Source: Mobula hypostoma
Taxonomy: Eukaryota
Assembly: GCF_963921235.1 (NCBI RefSeq)
Contig: NC_086097.1
Coordinates: forward strand, 245,398,001-245,462,000
DNA length: 64,000 nt
Reading direction: 5' to 3'
Program-made: the position numbers and the translations under genes
Shown here: in pieces, positions 1-12,700 of the stretch
How positions within the stretch are numbered: position 1 is the first letter of the stretch
Layout of the letters: each line of letters opens with the position of its first letter
Notes under the pieces: generated by a model
Databases searched by the model: none
What the model saw: the letters and a program-made list of their open reading frames with translations, nothing else
What the model was told of the DNA's origin: nothing

Positions 1-565
1 AAATTAGTAATCAAACGGCTAATCCCTTTTTCCTATGCAATGTCCATAGCCTTCCATTTTCCTCATATTCATGTGTCTACCTGAACCTCTCTTAAAAGCT
101 CCTAATGTTTCTGCCTCTATCGCCACCCCAGGCAGCGTATTCCAGGCACCCACCACTCTCTGTGTAAAAACCCTGCCCCTCACATCTCCTCTGAACTTAC
201 TCCCTCTCATCTTAAATGCATGCCCTCTGGTATTAAGATGAAAAACATACTGTCTCTCTACTCTGTCTGTGCCTCTCAGAATCTTATAGACCTCTATCAG
301 ATCTCCCCTCAGCCTCCAGTGCTCCAGAGAAACCAACTCAAGTGTGTCCAACTTCCTAAGATAGCACGTGCCCTGTAATCCAGGCAGCATCCTGGTAAAC
401 CTCTTCTGCACCCTCTCCAAAGCCTCGACATCCTTCCAATAATGGGGTGACCAGAACGGTGTGCAATATTCCAGATGAAGCCTCACTAGAGTTTTATAAA
501 GCTGCAACATAACTTCCTGATGTTTGAACTCAATGCCTTCTTAACCACCCTAACAACCTGCGTAG
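1..565 (-). mobile_element. CR1/HER1-type LINE 3' fragment (ORF2 C-terminus plus 3' UTR)
   Basis: ORF 19..510 reads [52 protein letters not shown], the conserved CR1 ORF2 C-terminus. Confidence 0.9.
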
Positions 566-954
566 TCAGGTGCACTAGGATATTGGCAAAGCACAGGACA
601 GCGGGAGTAGCTCGGGTAGGCACCTTGGTTGGCGGATGGCCCTGTTTCTGTATTCCCCATGACTCAACAATTGATTAACTCTTTTATCTCTGTTTTGGGG
701 AGAAAGTATTTTGTAAGGAAATGATATTGCGGTAAACGTCCTGTTGGAGATTTGACCGCTGTAGTGATTCTTAATGTTCCTCTGGGTCATACAGCATCAT
801 GTCAGAAACTCTTAGATAGGCACATGGAAACGTGTAGGAGGGCAGGTTAGATTGATGTAGAGTAGTTGTTAAAGTAGGTTAAAAGGTTGTCACAACATTG
901 TGGCTGAAGGACCTATTCTGTGCTGTAATGTTTGATGTAAAAGGACAATTTTAA

Positions 955-1190
955 TTATTTATTGAGAGATGCAACGTGGTAAAGGGCCCTTCCAGCCAAC
1001 AAGACCACACCACCCCATTACACCCGTGTGACCCATTGACCTACTAACCCACACGTCTTTGGAATGTGGGAGGAGACCAGAGCACCCAGAGGAAACCCAC
1101 ATGGTCACGGGGAGAATGCACAGGCAGTGGTGGTAATTGAACCTGGGCGCTGTAATAGCGTTATGCTGACCGCTGTTCTACAGTGCTGCC
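955..1190 (-). mobile_element. V-domain tRNA-derived SINE (HE1-like)
   Basis: Reverse complement of the V core (gggtttcctctgggtgctctggtctcctcccacattccaaagac), with a tRNA-like head and a CR1-like tail. Confidence 0.8.
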
Positions 1191-1726
1191 CAAGGTATAT
1201 TCCTTATGGAAATGGATCAGCAGGGAATAAAACTGGTGTAAGAATCAAGACCATTCCTTCAATGTATCCATTATTTTAGATTAAAGAGAGAATGGGCCAT
1301 ATTGAACCTCGCCTGACTCATGCCTCGCGGTATCCCTTTCTGCTTCTCATTCAAATTTTACAACTGTGCTCACTGCTGTGGAGCCTTCCTTGGAGACAGA
1401 AAAGACATGAGTGAGTGACCTGACTTCTCCACTAGCTCTGTAACAGGGTGCGCTATCGGAAGACGAGACTGTTTCCAAATGCTTCCAATATTCAGACTAT
1501 AAGACGTAGAAGCATAATTCAGCCATTTGGCCCATCCAGTCTGCTCCTCTGTACCATTCAGGCTGATTTTTGTTTCTCTCAACCCCGTTCTCATGCCTTC
1601 TCCCCGTAACCTTTGACACCCTGGATTAACCAAGAACCTTTTAACCTCCACTTTAAATAAACGCAATGACTTGGCCTCCACATTTGTCTGCAGATTCACC
1701 ACCCTTTGGCTAAAGAAATCCTTCCT

Positions 1727-2137
1727 CATAGTCATAGTCATAGTCATACTTTATTGATCCCGGGGGAAATTGGTTTTCATTACAGTTGCACCATAAATAA
1801 TAAATAGTAATAGAACCATAAATAGTTAAATAGTAATATGTAAATTATGCCAGGAAATTATGAAATAAGTCCAGGACCAGCCTATCGGCTCAGGGTGTCT
1901 GACCCTCCAAGGGAGGAGTTGTAAAGTTTGATGGCCACAGGCAGGAATGACTTCCTATGACACTCTGTGCTGCATCTCGGTGGAATGAGTCTCTGGCTGA
2001 ATGTACTCCTGTGCCCACCCAGTACATTATGTAGTGGATGGGAGACATTGACCAAGATGGCGTGCAACTTGGACAGCATCCTCTTTTCAGACACCACCGT
2101 GAGAGAGTCCAGTTCCATCCCCCAACTTCACTGGCCT
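1727..2137 (-). mobile_element. Rex1/Babar LINE 3' fragment nested in a CR1 fragment (~1495-2570)
   Basis: (catagt)n tail at 1727-1748; ORF 1882..2118 reads SHPLH..FSQRLIPPRCSTE..KSFLPVAIKLYN. Confidence 0.8.
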
Positions 2138-3629
2138 CTGTACTAAGTGAGGTCCTTGTATATTCTGGTCTTAGACCGCCCCCCCACTACGGGAAACATT
2201 CTCTCCACATTCACTCTATCTAGTCCTTTCAATATTGTTTTTCATTGCACTTATTTTAATTTAACTGTTTAAAAGACATATATATACTTACTGTAGATCA
2301 GTTTTTTTCCCTCTGGATTGCAACATATCCTGCATTGAACTGCTGCAGCAAAGTTAACAAATTTCACGACACATGCCGGTGATAATAAACCTGATTCTGA
2401 TTTTCCTAAACCCTAGTGTGTACAGGCTCAGAGTCCTCAAATGCTCCACATACTTTAACCCTTTCATTCCTGGGATCATTCTAGTGACACTCCAGTGAAT
2501 CCAGCATATCCTTTCTTAGATAGGGGCTCGAAACTGCGCACAGTACTCCAACTGTGGTCTAACCAATGGCGTTTTAGAAACAAAGAATTAGGATTTTCTT
2601 ATGTGCCATAGAAAAGAGCCACTTCTTTGAAACAAAGAAGTGTGGCTGGCTGTTTGCTTGAAGATTGTGAGGCTTTGTTCTTGTTATTGTAACCCAGTTT
2701 GTCTTTCGCTAGCAAATCGAATATTCAAGTCGCCTGACTGGGTATCAACAATGTAATACCGGGAAATGGAAAAACCTGTTACAGTTCTGTTTCAGGATCC
2801 AAAAGCAGTTCCTTCATCACATAAAGAGGAGAACTAAACCACAGATTAATCTGGGCAAACAGTGAAGATATGTATTTTTGGCATGGAATCAGCTTGAACC
2901 ATTAGAGCAGAGACAAACGGCCGGCTTTCCCTGAAAACTGAGAGGAGGTTATAAGATCAACATTTTGAAGCAATCCCTCAAATCTTCTTTAGCCTTGGAA
3001 TGCACACGTGTGCATCCAATCCGATAACTAAAGCTCCTTTCTATAAAGTTAGGCTTCCACTGAAAATCTGCGTTGGCATATACAAGCCTATGGAAATCGA
3101 GCAAACTTCTAAGCATATTTCTGTGCTCTGAACTCCACCTCTGATCTCCACATGGCATGGAAATAGCTGAGGTCTTGCTAGAATTACCCTATCAAAGTTT
3201 GTGGCATATTGAAACCATAATCAGTCCAAAAAGGTATTATGGTTTACAGAGAAATGTTTTTTGACAATACAGTTCCAGCCAGATGAAAATGGAAAGTAGA
3301 ATGGTAGTCATCCTTTGAAATAATCAGTTAAGATTTTGTTATGTGCAGTTGGATGTTATGATCTACTCTCACTTGCCACTTTATTAGGTACAGGAGGGGA
3401 ACCCAATGTGGTCTTCCGTGCTGCAGCTCATCCACTTCAAGGTTTGATGTATTGTGCATTCAGAGATGCTCTTCTGCACACCACTGTTGTAACATGTGGC
3501 TATTTGAGTGACTGTCAGCTTGAACCAGTCTCTGACCTTTCTCATTACCAGGGCGTTTTCACTCACAGAAACGCCGCTCACTGGATGGTTTTCTTTTTTT
3601 GTCCCATTCTCTATACACTCTGGAGACTA

Positions 3630-3877
3630 TCTTTATCTTATTTATTGAGATACAGAGCGGAATAGGCCCTTCCGGCCCTTTGAGCTGCACTGCCTAGCAT
3701 TCCCTGAACTAATATTAGCCTAATCACGGGACAATTTACCCACCGACCAGGGTGCCTTTGGACTGTGGGAAGAAACCAGAGCACCCAGAGGAAGAACGGA
3801 CAAACTCCTTACATGCAGCGGCAGGAAGTGAACCTGGGTCGCTGGTACGGTAAAACGTTGTGCTAACCATGCTGTGT
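3630..3877 (-). mobile_element. V-SINE nested in the Tc1 element
   Basis: V core in reverse (ctttggactgtgggaagaaaccagagcacccagagga) plus tRNA-like head. Confidence 0.75.
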
Positions 3878-4052
3878 GAAAATTCCAGGGGATACTCAAA
3901 TCACCCCATCAAGCACCAACAATCATTCCGTGGTCCAAGTCACTTAGGTCACATCTCTTCCCCAATCTGATGTTTGGTCTGAACAACAACTGCACTTCTT
4001 GACTATGTCTACATGCTTTTATGCATTGAGTTGCTGCCTCATGATTGGGTGA

Positions 4053-5208
4053 CAATAGACAATAGGTGCAGGAGTAGGCCATTCGGCCCTTCGAGCCAGC
4101 ACCACCATTCACTGTGATCATGGCTGATCATCCACTATCAGTATCCAGTTCCTGCCTTATCCCCATAACCTTTGATTCCACTATCTTTAAGAGCTCTATC
4201 CATCTCTTTCTTGAAAGCATCCAGAGACTTGGCCTCCACAGCCTTCTGGGGCAGAGCATTCCATATATCCACCACTCTCTGGGTGAAAAAGTTTTTCCTC
4301 AACTCCATTCTAAATGGCCTACCCCTTATTCTTAGACTGTGGCCTCTGGTTCTGGACTCACCCATCAGCGGGAACATGCTTCCTGCCTCCAGCATGTCCA
4401 ATCCCTTAATAATCTTATATGTTTCAATAAGATCCCCTCTCAGCCTTCTAAATTCCAGAGTATACAAGCCAGTCGCTCCAATCTTTCAACATATGACAGT
4501 CCCGCCATCCCGGGAATTAACTCCCTCAAGAATGTCCTTCCTCAAATTTGGAGACCAAAACTGCACACAGTACTGCCGGTGTGGTCTCAGCAGGGCCCTG
4601 TGCAGCTGCAGAAGGACCTCTTTGCTCTTATATTCGATTCCCCTTGTTATGAAGGCCAGCATGCCATTAGCTTTCTTCACTGCCTGCTGTACTTGCATGC
4701 TTGCTTTCAGTGACTGATGTACAAGAACACCTAGATCCCATTGTCCTTCCCCTTTTCCTAACTTGACTCCATTTAGATAATAATCTGCCTTCCTGTTCTT
4801 ACCATCAAAGTGGATAACCTCACATTTATCCACATTAAACTGCATCTGCCATGCATCTGCCCACTCACCCAGCCTGTCCAAGTCACCCTGCATTCTCAAA
4901 ACATCCTCTTCACATTTCACACTGCCACCCAGCTTTGTGTCATCGGCAAATTTGCTAATGTTACTTTTAATTCCCTCATCTAAATCATTAATATATATTG
5001 TAAACAGCTGCGGTCCAAGCACTGAACCCTGCGGTACCCCACTGGTCACCGCCTGCCATTCCGAAAGGGACCCGTTAATCGCTACTCTTTGTTTTCTGTC
5101 AGCCAGCCAATTTTCAATCCAGGTCAGTACTCTGCCCCCAATACCATGTGCCCTAATTTTGCCCACTAATCTCCTATGTAGGACTTTATGAAAGGCTTTC
5201 TGAAAGTC
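4053..5208 (-). mobile_element. 5'-truncated CR1 LINE (RT to 3' tail)
   Basis: ORF 4486..5277 contains SGVPQGSVLGP and SKFADDTK; (gacaata)n tail; 7-bp TSD tgggtga at 4046-4052 and 5209-5215. Confidence 0.92.
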
Positions 5209-5544
5209 TGGGTGATTAGATATTTGTATCAACGAGCAGGTGTATAGGTGTACAGGTGTACCTACAAAAGAGGCCACTGAGTGTGCGTATATTTCTTATT
5301 TTGTAGACCAGATGCAGGAGACTGAGAGGTGATCTGACAGAGGTGTACAAGATGATATGAGGCATAGATCGAGTGGACAGCCAGGTACTGTTTCCCAGGG
5401 CAGAAATGTCTAATACAAGGGGGGCATCATTTTAAGGTGTTTGGAGGGCAGCATAGGGGAGATGTCAGAGGTAGCACAAAGATTGCTGAGTGTGGAACAC
5501 CCTGGCAGGGGTGGTGGTTAGATGCTGATACATTTTGCTAAGTA

Positions 5545-5935
5545 TTGAAGCCTGAGAATTGGTCTGGAAGTCCAGAGGTAGTGCCCTGTTAGCCGGGGTC
5601 CCAGGTCTGTGAATCTCTGTGAGTCCGCTAGGGTAGTTGAAAGTCCAGTGTTTGTGTGTCTGTTTCCAAATCTGTGGGTAGAGGCCAACGAATGTGGACT
5701 GTCTTGGGGTTAGAGGACTGTGTATATGTGCGGACGGGAGGGAGGAATGAGGGCTTGTTGCCTTTTTGCTTGTTTGGTTCTGTGTTGTTCTGCCGAGCAT
5801 TGTGGACATGCTTTGTTGGCAACAGAACATGTGGTGATACTTGCATTATGCCTCCATTATGCCCTTTGATGTTTTGGTTGTTAATGTCAACGGCGCATTT
5901 CACTATATGGTTCATGACAAATAAACTTGAATCAT
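5545..5935 (+). mobile_element. Non-autonomous retroelement sharing its 3' tail with the variant V-SINE; related copy at ~27458-27790 (-)
   Basis: Tail ..gcattgtggacatgctttgttggc..gcatttcactatatg..atgacaaataaa matches the tails at 11340-11480 and 51725-51870; it interrupts a + strand CR1 3' fragment. Confidence 0.55.
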
Positions 5936-6169
5936 TTGGGAGATTTAAGAATCCCTTACACATGGATAAAATTAAAAAATGAAGGTTATTGGGGAGGTAA
6001 GGGTTAGGTAGATCTTAATGTAGTTAAAGGGTCAGCACAACATTGTGGGTTGAAGGGCCTGTGCTGTGCTGTAATATTCTATGTGCTGCATTTGATCTAT
6101 AAAATGGTTGTCATGTTCTTTCCATGCTCATTTCAGAGCACTCAGTATTTAAAGGTATAATTATTTTAA

Positions 6170-6596
6170 ATTTCAAGAACTTCAAAGTAAATTTATTATC
6201 AAAGAACATGTATACAACCCTGAGATTCATTTTCTTGCAGGCATGCTTAGTAAATCCAAGAATCATGATAGAATCAATGAAAGAGTGCACCCAACAGAAC
6301 CTAAAAGACAACAAACTGTGCAAATAAAAGAAAAGTAAATAAAATAATAATAATAATAAATAAGCAATAAATACTGAGAACATGAGATGAAGAGTCCTTG
6401 AAGTGAATCCATTGGTTGTGGGAACAATTCAGTGATGGGGCAAGTGAAGTTATCCCCTTTGGTTCAAGAGTCTGATGGTTGAGGGGTAGTAACTGTTCCT
6501 GAACCTGGTAGTGTGGGTCCTGAGGCTCCTGTACCACCTTCCTGGTGGCAGCAGCGAGAAGAGAGCATGGCCTGGGTGGTGGGGGTCCCTGATGAT
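6170..6596 (-). mobile_element. Rex1/Babar-type LINE 3' fragment
   Basis: ttcaaagtaaatttattatcaaag tail; minus strand encodes an HPGHALFSLLPPGRWYRSL-like C-terminus. Confidence 0.75.
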
Positions 6597-6880
6597 AGGG
6601 CGACGTGGTAGTGTAGTGGTTAGCATAATGCTTTACAGTACCAGTGACCTGGGTTCAATTCCCACTGTTGTCCGTAAGGAGTTTCTCCATCCTCTCCTTG
6701 ACTGCGTGTGTTTCCCTTGGCTGCTCCGGTTTCTTCCCTCAGTCCAAAGACATGCGGGTTGGTAGGTTAATTAGTCATTGTAAATTGTCCCACGATTAGG
6801 CTAGGTTTAAATCGGGAGTTACTGGGTGGTGTGGCTTGAAGGGCCGGAAGGATCAATTCCATGCTCTATGCCAATAAATA
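6597..6880 (+). mobile_element. V-SINE (HE1-like), near full length
   Basis: A box tggtagtgtagtgg, B box ggttcaattcc, V core ctccggtttcttccctcagtccaaagac, and CR1-type tail. Confidence 0.85.
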
Positions 6881-7437
6881 ACCGGATGCTGCAAAGTACA
6901 AAAGGTATGTGTGCGATGGCAGTGTGGTTTACAAAATGCCAGGATACAATTGTGGATTAAGCATTGAACATTGTCTACATGTATTGTGGGATAGTGTTTC
7001 ACTGACATACGTTCTGTACGTGCTTTGTGCTGTGTGTGATTGTTGGTACTGTGTTTTACTCCTTGGCCCCAGAGGAACACTCTTTCGTTTGGCTGTCTTC
7101 ATGGGTATTCATGTACAGTTGAATGACAATTAAACTTGAACTTAACACACTTCCTGTCATGTGGAGTCATCCCCATTTTTAGATTACAATCATTTTATCA
7201 ACATAGAAACATAGAAAACCTACAGCACAATACAGGCCCTTCGGCCCACAAAGCTGTGTCGAACATGTCCTTACCTGAGAAATTACCTAGGGTTACCTAT
7301 GAAATCAATTTTCCTGTTAACCGTAGTTGCTAACAAATAAAGCAGTTTGGATATTCAGACGTATTTTTTAAATAGCTGGAAAACGTCTCTTTTCAGCACT
7401 GGCTCCTCATTTAAGCAGCATTTGTAAGCATACTTGT

Positions 7438-7715
7438 GGGCGCCGTGGAAGCATAGCGGTTAGTGTGACGCTATTACACCTCAGACGTTCTGGAGTTCAG
7501 AGTTCAACTCCAGCTGTAAGGAATTTGTACATTCTACCCATGAACCATGTGGGTTGCCTCCAGGGGCTCTTGTTTCCTCCCACAGTCCAAAGATGTACTG
7601 GCTGGTAGGCTAATTGGTCATTGTAAATTGTCCTGTGATTAGGCTCAGGTTAAATAGGTGGGTTGCTGGGCCGGAAGGGCCTGTTCTGTGCTGTATCTGC
7701 AAATAACAACAAATA
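7438..7715 (+). mobile_element. V-SINE (HE1-like)
   Basis: tRNA-like head, V core tttcctcccacagtccaaagat, tail gggccggaagggcctgttctgtgctgtatc. Confidence 0.82.
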
Positions 7716-8654
7716 AACAAACAAAGCAAAGCAACAACAGGATCTTGCTTCAGCTCCACTGATCTATTGTATTGTTCTGTATCAGAATTTCTAAATCTTC
7801 TCGCAAGTTGAAGAGGTAAAAGACTTACTATCACTGACATATGTCATGAATTTTGTTGTTTTGTGACAGCAGGACGGTGCAATACATAAAAAACAGTATA
7901 AATCACAAAAAGAAATATATATTTCTATAAGTCGTGCAGAAGGAGCGAAAGTATTGAGGTGGTTCAATGTCCATTCAGAAATCGGATGGCAAAGGGGAAG
8001 AAGCTGTTCCTGAATCATTGAGTGTGTGTCTTCGGGCTTCTGATGCCTGTTAGCACCACCTCATTAGCCATTGAGTTGGAGTCGGGGTGTGGGACCAGCC
8101 ACAAAGAGTTAGCAACAAACAAAGTCTGTTTGCTCAGAGAGATGAGTCTGTTTACAGAGTTCAATAGGGCTCAGGATTCTCTGTGAACTGGAGCTAATAA
8201 AGAGCAAATCTATAGCAATGGGCACATTGAGAGAGCGGAATGAGATGTCCCTCTGTACCAGGGCATCATCAACGAGGCAGAACAAGGCCCCTGTGGCAAA
8301 TAAGTGATAGTTCTGTGCCTGGAATAATCTTTTAACAGGAGACATGGCAGGAGATTTCCAGCATTTGCAGAATCTCTGGTGTTTACCACATGGTAGAGAG
8401 TAGAATTTTGCCTCCTGTCTACGCTGACCAGGTTTCATTACAGTTTTTGAATGTCAGATATACTTAAACATTATTAAGTGTGTTTTAAATAATTACAAGA
8501 TAAAAACGATTTAGACTGAATAAAGTAATTTAAAACGGATTAAATCACCATGAAATTTTTGGTATGGAATATGTTTAAGAGAAATAACAAACTAACTATA
8601 CCTGACCTCTAGCTGGGGCTAGCACAGTAACGTGGCGGATAGTGCGATGTGAGC

Positions 8655-9375
8655 GATAGTGCACTAAGGAGTGCAGTAGAACAGAGGGATCTGTGAATAC
8701 AGATCCATGATTCCTTGAAAGTGGTGTCACAGGTAGACGGGGTTGTAAAGAAAGCTGCTGGCATATTGGCCTTCATAAATCAGGACACCGAGTACAGAAG
8801 TTGGGATATGAACGTGTAGAAGATGTTGGTGTGACCAAATTTGGAGTATTGTGTGCAGTTTGGGTCACCTACCAAAAGGAAAGATGTCAATAAGATTGAA
8901 AGAGTTCAGAGAAAATTTATATGGATGTTGCTGGGACTTGAGGATCTGAGTTTTAGGGAACGGTTGAATAGGTTTGGAATTTATTCCATGGAGGGTAGGA
9001 GAATGAGAGGAGATTTGATAAAAGTATGCAAAATTATGAAGGATATAGATAGGGTAAATGCACGCAGGCTTTTTCCATTGAGGTCGGGTGAGACTGGAAC
9101 TAGAGGTCATGGGTTAAGGGTGAAGGGTGAAATATTTAAGGGGAACCTGAGGGGAAACTTTGCTCAGAGGGTGGTGCGAGTGTGAAATGAGCTGCCAACA
9201 CAAGTGGTGGACGTGAGCTCAATTTCAATGTTTAAGAGAAGTTTGGATAGGTACGTGGATGGTGGGGGGGAGCGGGTATAGAGGTTATGGTCCAGATACA
9301 GGTCAATGGGACTAGGCGGAATAACAGCTTGACAGTCACTAGATGGGCCAAGGGGCCTACTCTCTACTATAGAGT
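8655..9375 (+). mobile_element. CR1 LINE 3' fragment
   Basis: ORF 8841..9185 reads EYCVQF..ERVQRKF..RRMRGDLI..FAQRVV. Confidence 0.88.
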
Positions 9376-9680
9376 GATAGCCTACCAATTATGGCAAATT
9401 CCTCATCTTGAATGAACAAGTTTCAAATTACAATCTGAGTTATTATTGCCACCGGTCCAAATTCCTAATGAAAGTTACGTTCCAATATCAGATTATTAAA
9501 AGGTTAACAACCTTTTGTCGTTTGTTATTGTTTGCCTGAGTGGAAAAGCTATGCTGAATATAATTCCTGTTGGTTTAGTGAAAATATTGATCTGATTTTG
9601 CTCCTTTACAAATGGTCATAGTTTCATGTGAATGTGGATAGGTTACTGCAGATATTGGATTAATATAGTTTGTTAAATAA

Positions 9681-11147
9681 TACTGACGATTCTGGTTAAT
9701 TGGGACATATCAGGGCCAGTACATTTTGGCCCAATTAAATAGCTGCTCCAATTAGCTGAAGTTTCAGTTAACTGAGTAAAGAATTATGCTTTTAAATGAG
9801 ATACAGAACAAATTAGAACACTATCAATACGCATCCATTAGTCTCATGAGACCATGGATTTGCGCCTTGGAAGGTTTCCAGGGTGCAGGCCTAGGCACGG
9901 TTGTATGGAAGACCGGCAGATGCCCATGCTGCAAGTCTCCCCTCTCCACACCACCGATGTTGTCCAAGGGAAGGGCACTAGGGCCAATACAGCTTGGCAC
10001 CAGTGTCGTCGCAGAGCAATGTGTGGTTAAGTGCCTTGCTCAAGGACACCACATGCTGCTTCAGCCAAGGCTCGAACTAGTGACCTTCAGATCACTAGAC
10101 GAACGCCTTAACCACTTGGCCACGTGCCAACACTATAAAACTGAATTTGTTCCTAAAAATTATTGACGTTGGAATTCATCTGGTGTATGCTGCTGTGTAT
10201 GGAGAGTCCAGCGAGGGTTGGCATCTCTGGTGAAGGGGGTGAAGGGGCTAAACCAGATGAGGGTAGCCGGCAGGCCTCACACCCTAGTGAGATAGGGACA
10301 TGCCTGTCCTAACATATGAAGTCAGCTTCAACAGACTGTGTAGATGAGATCAGCAATGAGATACAATGGCCAGAAAGGCAGTTCTGCAACGCTTCGTGGA
10401 GAGCGAAGGGCATGACAAGGCACAGAAGTTATGGTTATGCTTACCAAGGAAGACCCCAGTTGTGATGCTTGTTCGTACCACTGGACCTGGACTTTCGAAG
10501 TCAAGAGAGTGGAACTGTCCCAGTGCAACACTCTAAAGACCCTCCCACACAGGTTTCACTCCGGACAACCAACGCGCTGCTATGTTCTTTTGATGGACTG
10601 TAAATGAACAAAATTAGCTGAGATACCTAGTGCACATAATGGACTGCCTTTGCACAACGCTTTCAGGGATTGCATCCTCCAAATCTTCATTTTCATTGTA
10701 AAATTCAAATTTATCAATATCTTCAAATTGTTTGTAGTTCTTAACTCCTTGAAGTAGTGAAATCCTGGCCATTTCTGGTGTCTCCAAGCCTGAATGCTTG
10801 AAATGGCACTGAGCAAAGCAGTTCTGAATTGTCTTACTGCTTACTTCTCACCAACTATCAGTGACAAAAATCTCAGGTTTTTGAACACAAACACATGCAA
10901 ATGACACTATTTAAAAACTGTTCACTCCAAGCATATTGTGGTGTCTAATGGCCATACAAGTTCATGTGACTGATGCTCGTTTGAAACTGTTCGGCAATAG
11001 TCTGCTGTCCCAATTAAGCAGCACACTGTCCCAAATAAAGGAAAGGAATCCCAGCTATTTTCTCAATTTGTTTTTGTTCTTCAAGAGTCGTCCCAAATAC
11101 AGAGCTGCCCCGATTAACCAATGGACCAATTCACCAGTATATTCAGT
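9681..11147 (-). mobile_element. Tigger/pogo-derived non-autonomous DNA transposon with nested inserts
   Basis: Degenerate TIRs (ctgacgattctggttaattgg / ccaattcaccagtatattcag); the minus strand near 10790-10870 reads FVTDSW*EVSSKTIQNCFAQC, like the end of a pogo-family DDE domain. Confidence 0.6.
9831..10131 (-). mobile_element. tRNA-derived SINE with CORE/Meta-like central motif; second copy at 49103-49402
   Basis: Minus strand: A box tggccaagtgg, B box gttcgagcc, then gtgtccttgagcaaggcacttaacc. Two similar copies lie in the window. Confidence 0.8.
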
Positions 11148-11166
11148 GCCATTTCTAACGATTAGC

Positions 11167-11485
11167 AGGGTGGCATGGCAGTGTAGAGGTTTGTGCAGTC
11201 ACCTTACAGCATCGAATGTGGGATTGAAGTTTGATTCCCACCACTGTCCGTAAGGAGCTTGTACATTTTCCTGTGACCATGTGAGTTTCCTCCATGTCCT
11301 CCGGGTTCCTCCCACATTCCAAAGATGTACAGGTTAGGGTTAATGAGTTGTGGGAATGTTATGTTGGTGCCGGAAGCCTGGCAAGGGCTTGCGGGCTGAA
11401 CCAGCACAATCCTAGCTGATTTAATTTGATGCAAACAGCATGCTTTGATGTACGAATGACATATAAAGATAATCTTTAAAATCTC
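11167..11485 (+). mobile_element. V-SINE variant with non-CR1 tail
   Basis: tRNA head and V core (ccgggttcctcccacattccaaagat) followed by the tail gttggtgccggaagc..gatgtac..aatcttt. Confidence 0.75.
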
Positions 11486-11817
11486 AAATCTTTCACATTA
11501 ATGGAGAATGATAGGGGAATTTCAAAGCATCACACAATAGTTATGACAATAGAAGTAGACCACCGACCACGGGATGAAAGGGTTATCATATCGAGAGAGA
11601 CTGAACAGTTTGGGTCTGCATTCTTTGCAGTTTAGCTGAATGAGGGATGACCTTATGTAAACGCATAGGATCTGAAGGAGGCTTTTGACAGGGTAGATGT
11701 CAGGATGTTTCCACCGGTGGAAGAATTATGAATAAGGGGACATATGGAGCTGGTCATTTTAAAACTGAAGTATATAAATATTTCTTATCACAGAGGATTT
11801 TTGACCTCTGGAATTTT

Positions 11818-12375
11818 TCAGAATCAGAATCAGGTTTATTATCACCAGCATGTGACGTGAAATTTGTTAACTCTGCAGCAGCAGTTCAACGCGATACATA
11901 ATCTCGCAGAGAAAAGAATAAATAAAATAAATAAACAAGTAAATCAATTACGTATATTGAATAGATTAAAAAAAATGCAAAACCAGAAATACTGTATATT
12001 AAAAAAAAGTGAGGTAGTGTCCAAAGCTTCAATGTCTATTTAGGAATCGGATGGCAAAGGGGAAGAAGCTGTTCCTGAATCACTGAGTGTGTGCCTTCAG
12101 GCTTCTGTATCTCCTACCTGATGGTAACAGTGAGAAAAGGGCATGCCCTGGGTGCTGGAGGTCCTTAATAATGGACACTATCTTTCTGAGACACCGCTCC
12201 CTAAAGATGTCCTGGATACTTTGTAGGCTAGTGCCCAAGATGGAGCTGACTAGATTTACAACCTTCTGCAGCTTCTTTTGGTCCTGTGCAGTAGCCCCTC
12301 CATACCAGACAGTGATGCAGCCTGTCAGGATGCTCTCCACTGTACATGTATAGAAGTTTTTGGATGTATTTGTTC
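11818..12375 (-). mobile_element. Rex1/Babar-type LINE 3' fragment
   Basis: (aatcag)n tail; ORF 12080..12340 reads ESILTGCITVWYG..HPGHALFSLLPSGRRYRSLKAHT. Confidence 0.85.
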
Positions 12376-12462
12376 ACCCCAACGACTGGTAGAAGGTTGA
12401 TCATTAGAAGTATTTAATGTGGAGGTGGGTAAAAAATTTGGTAGATTGAGGAATAGTCGCTG

Positions 12463-12700
12463 TCATTGTGTGCCGTGTCATATGACGTGGGCAATCATGG
12501 TCTTTCCATGACCATGACTGTTATTGGAAAAAATTTCTAAAGAAGTGGTTTGCCAATTCTTGCCTCTGGGCAGTGTCTTTACAGGACAGTTGACCCCAGC
12601 CATTATCAATACTCTTCAGAGATTGTCTGCCTGGTGTCAGTGGTCACATAACAAGGACTTGTGATATGCACCACCTCCCCCCTGACTTCACGTGACCCTG
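12463..12700 (-). mobile_element. RTE/BovB-related SINE-like fragment; fuller copy at 40201-40535 (+), 5' piece at ~13875-13985 (-)
   Basis: Motif ggcaaaccacttct..gaaaaa..cc..gaacagtcatgg resembles the BovA/Sauria-SINE-type RTE segment; repeated in the window. Confidence 0.55.

Larger units (their letters stand above)
3364..5286 (-). mobile_element. Internally deleted Tc1-like DNA transposon with nested SINE and CR1
   Basis: Imperfect TIRs (ctcacttgccactttattaggtaca at ~3368; tgtacctacaaaagaggccactgagtg at ~5257). Minus-strand peptides GKRCDLSDLDHGMIVGA and TVTQIATCYNSGVQKSISECTIHQTLKWM resemble the Tc1 HTH region. Confidence 0.8.

Noticed and set aside
2949..3158. 69-aa ORF in unique sequence as a host exon
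   Set aside because: No recognisable homology or convincing splice sites; length within chance expectation.
6597..6670. tRNA genes here and at other A/B-box sites
   Set aside because: Each runs into a SINE body or is a decayed head; no proper cloverleaf.
8109..8438. 109-aa ORF as a host gene
   Set aside because: No recognisable family; includes a short pLTR-like motif; no splice support.
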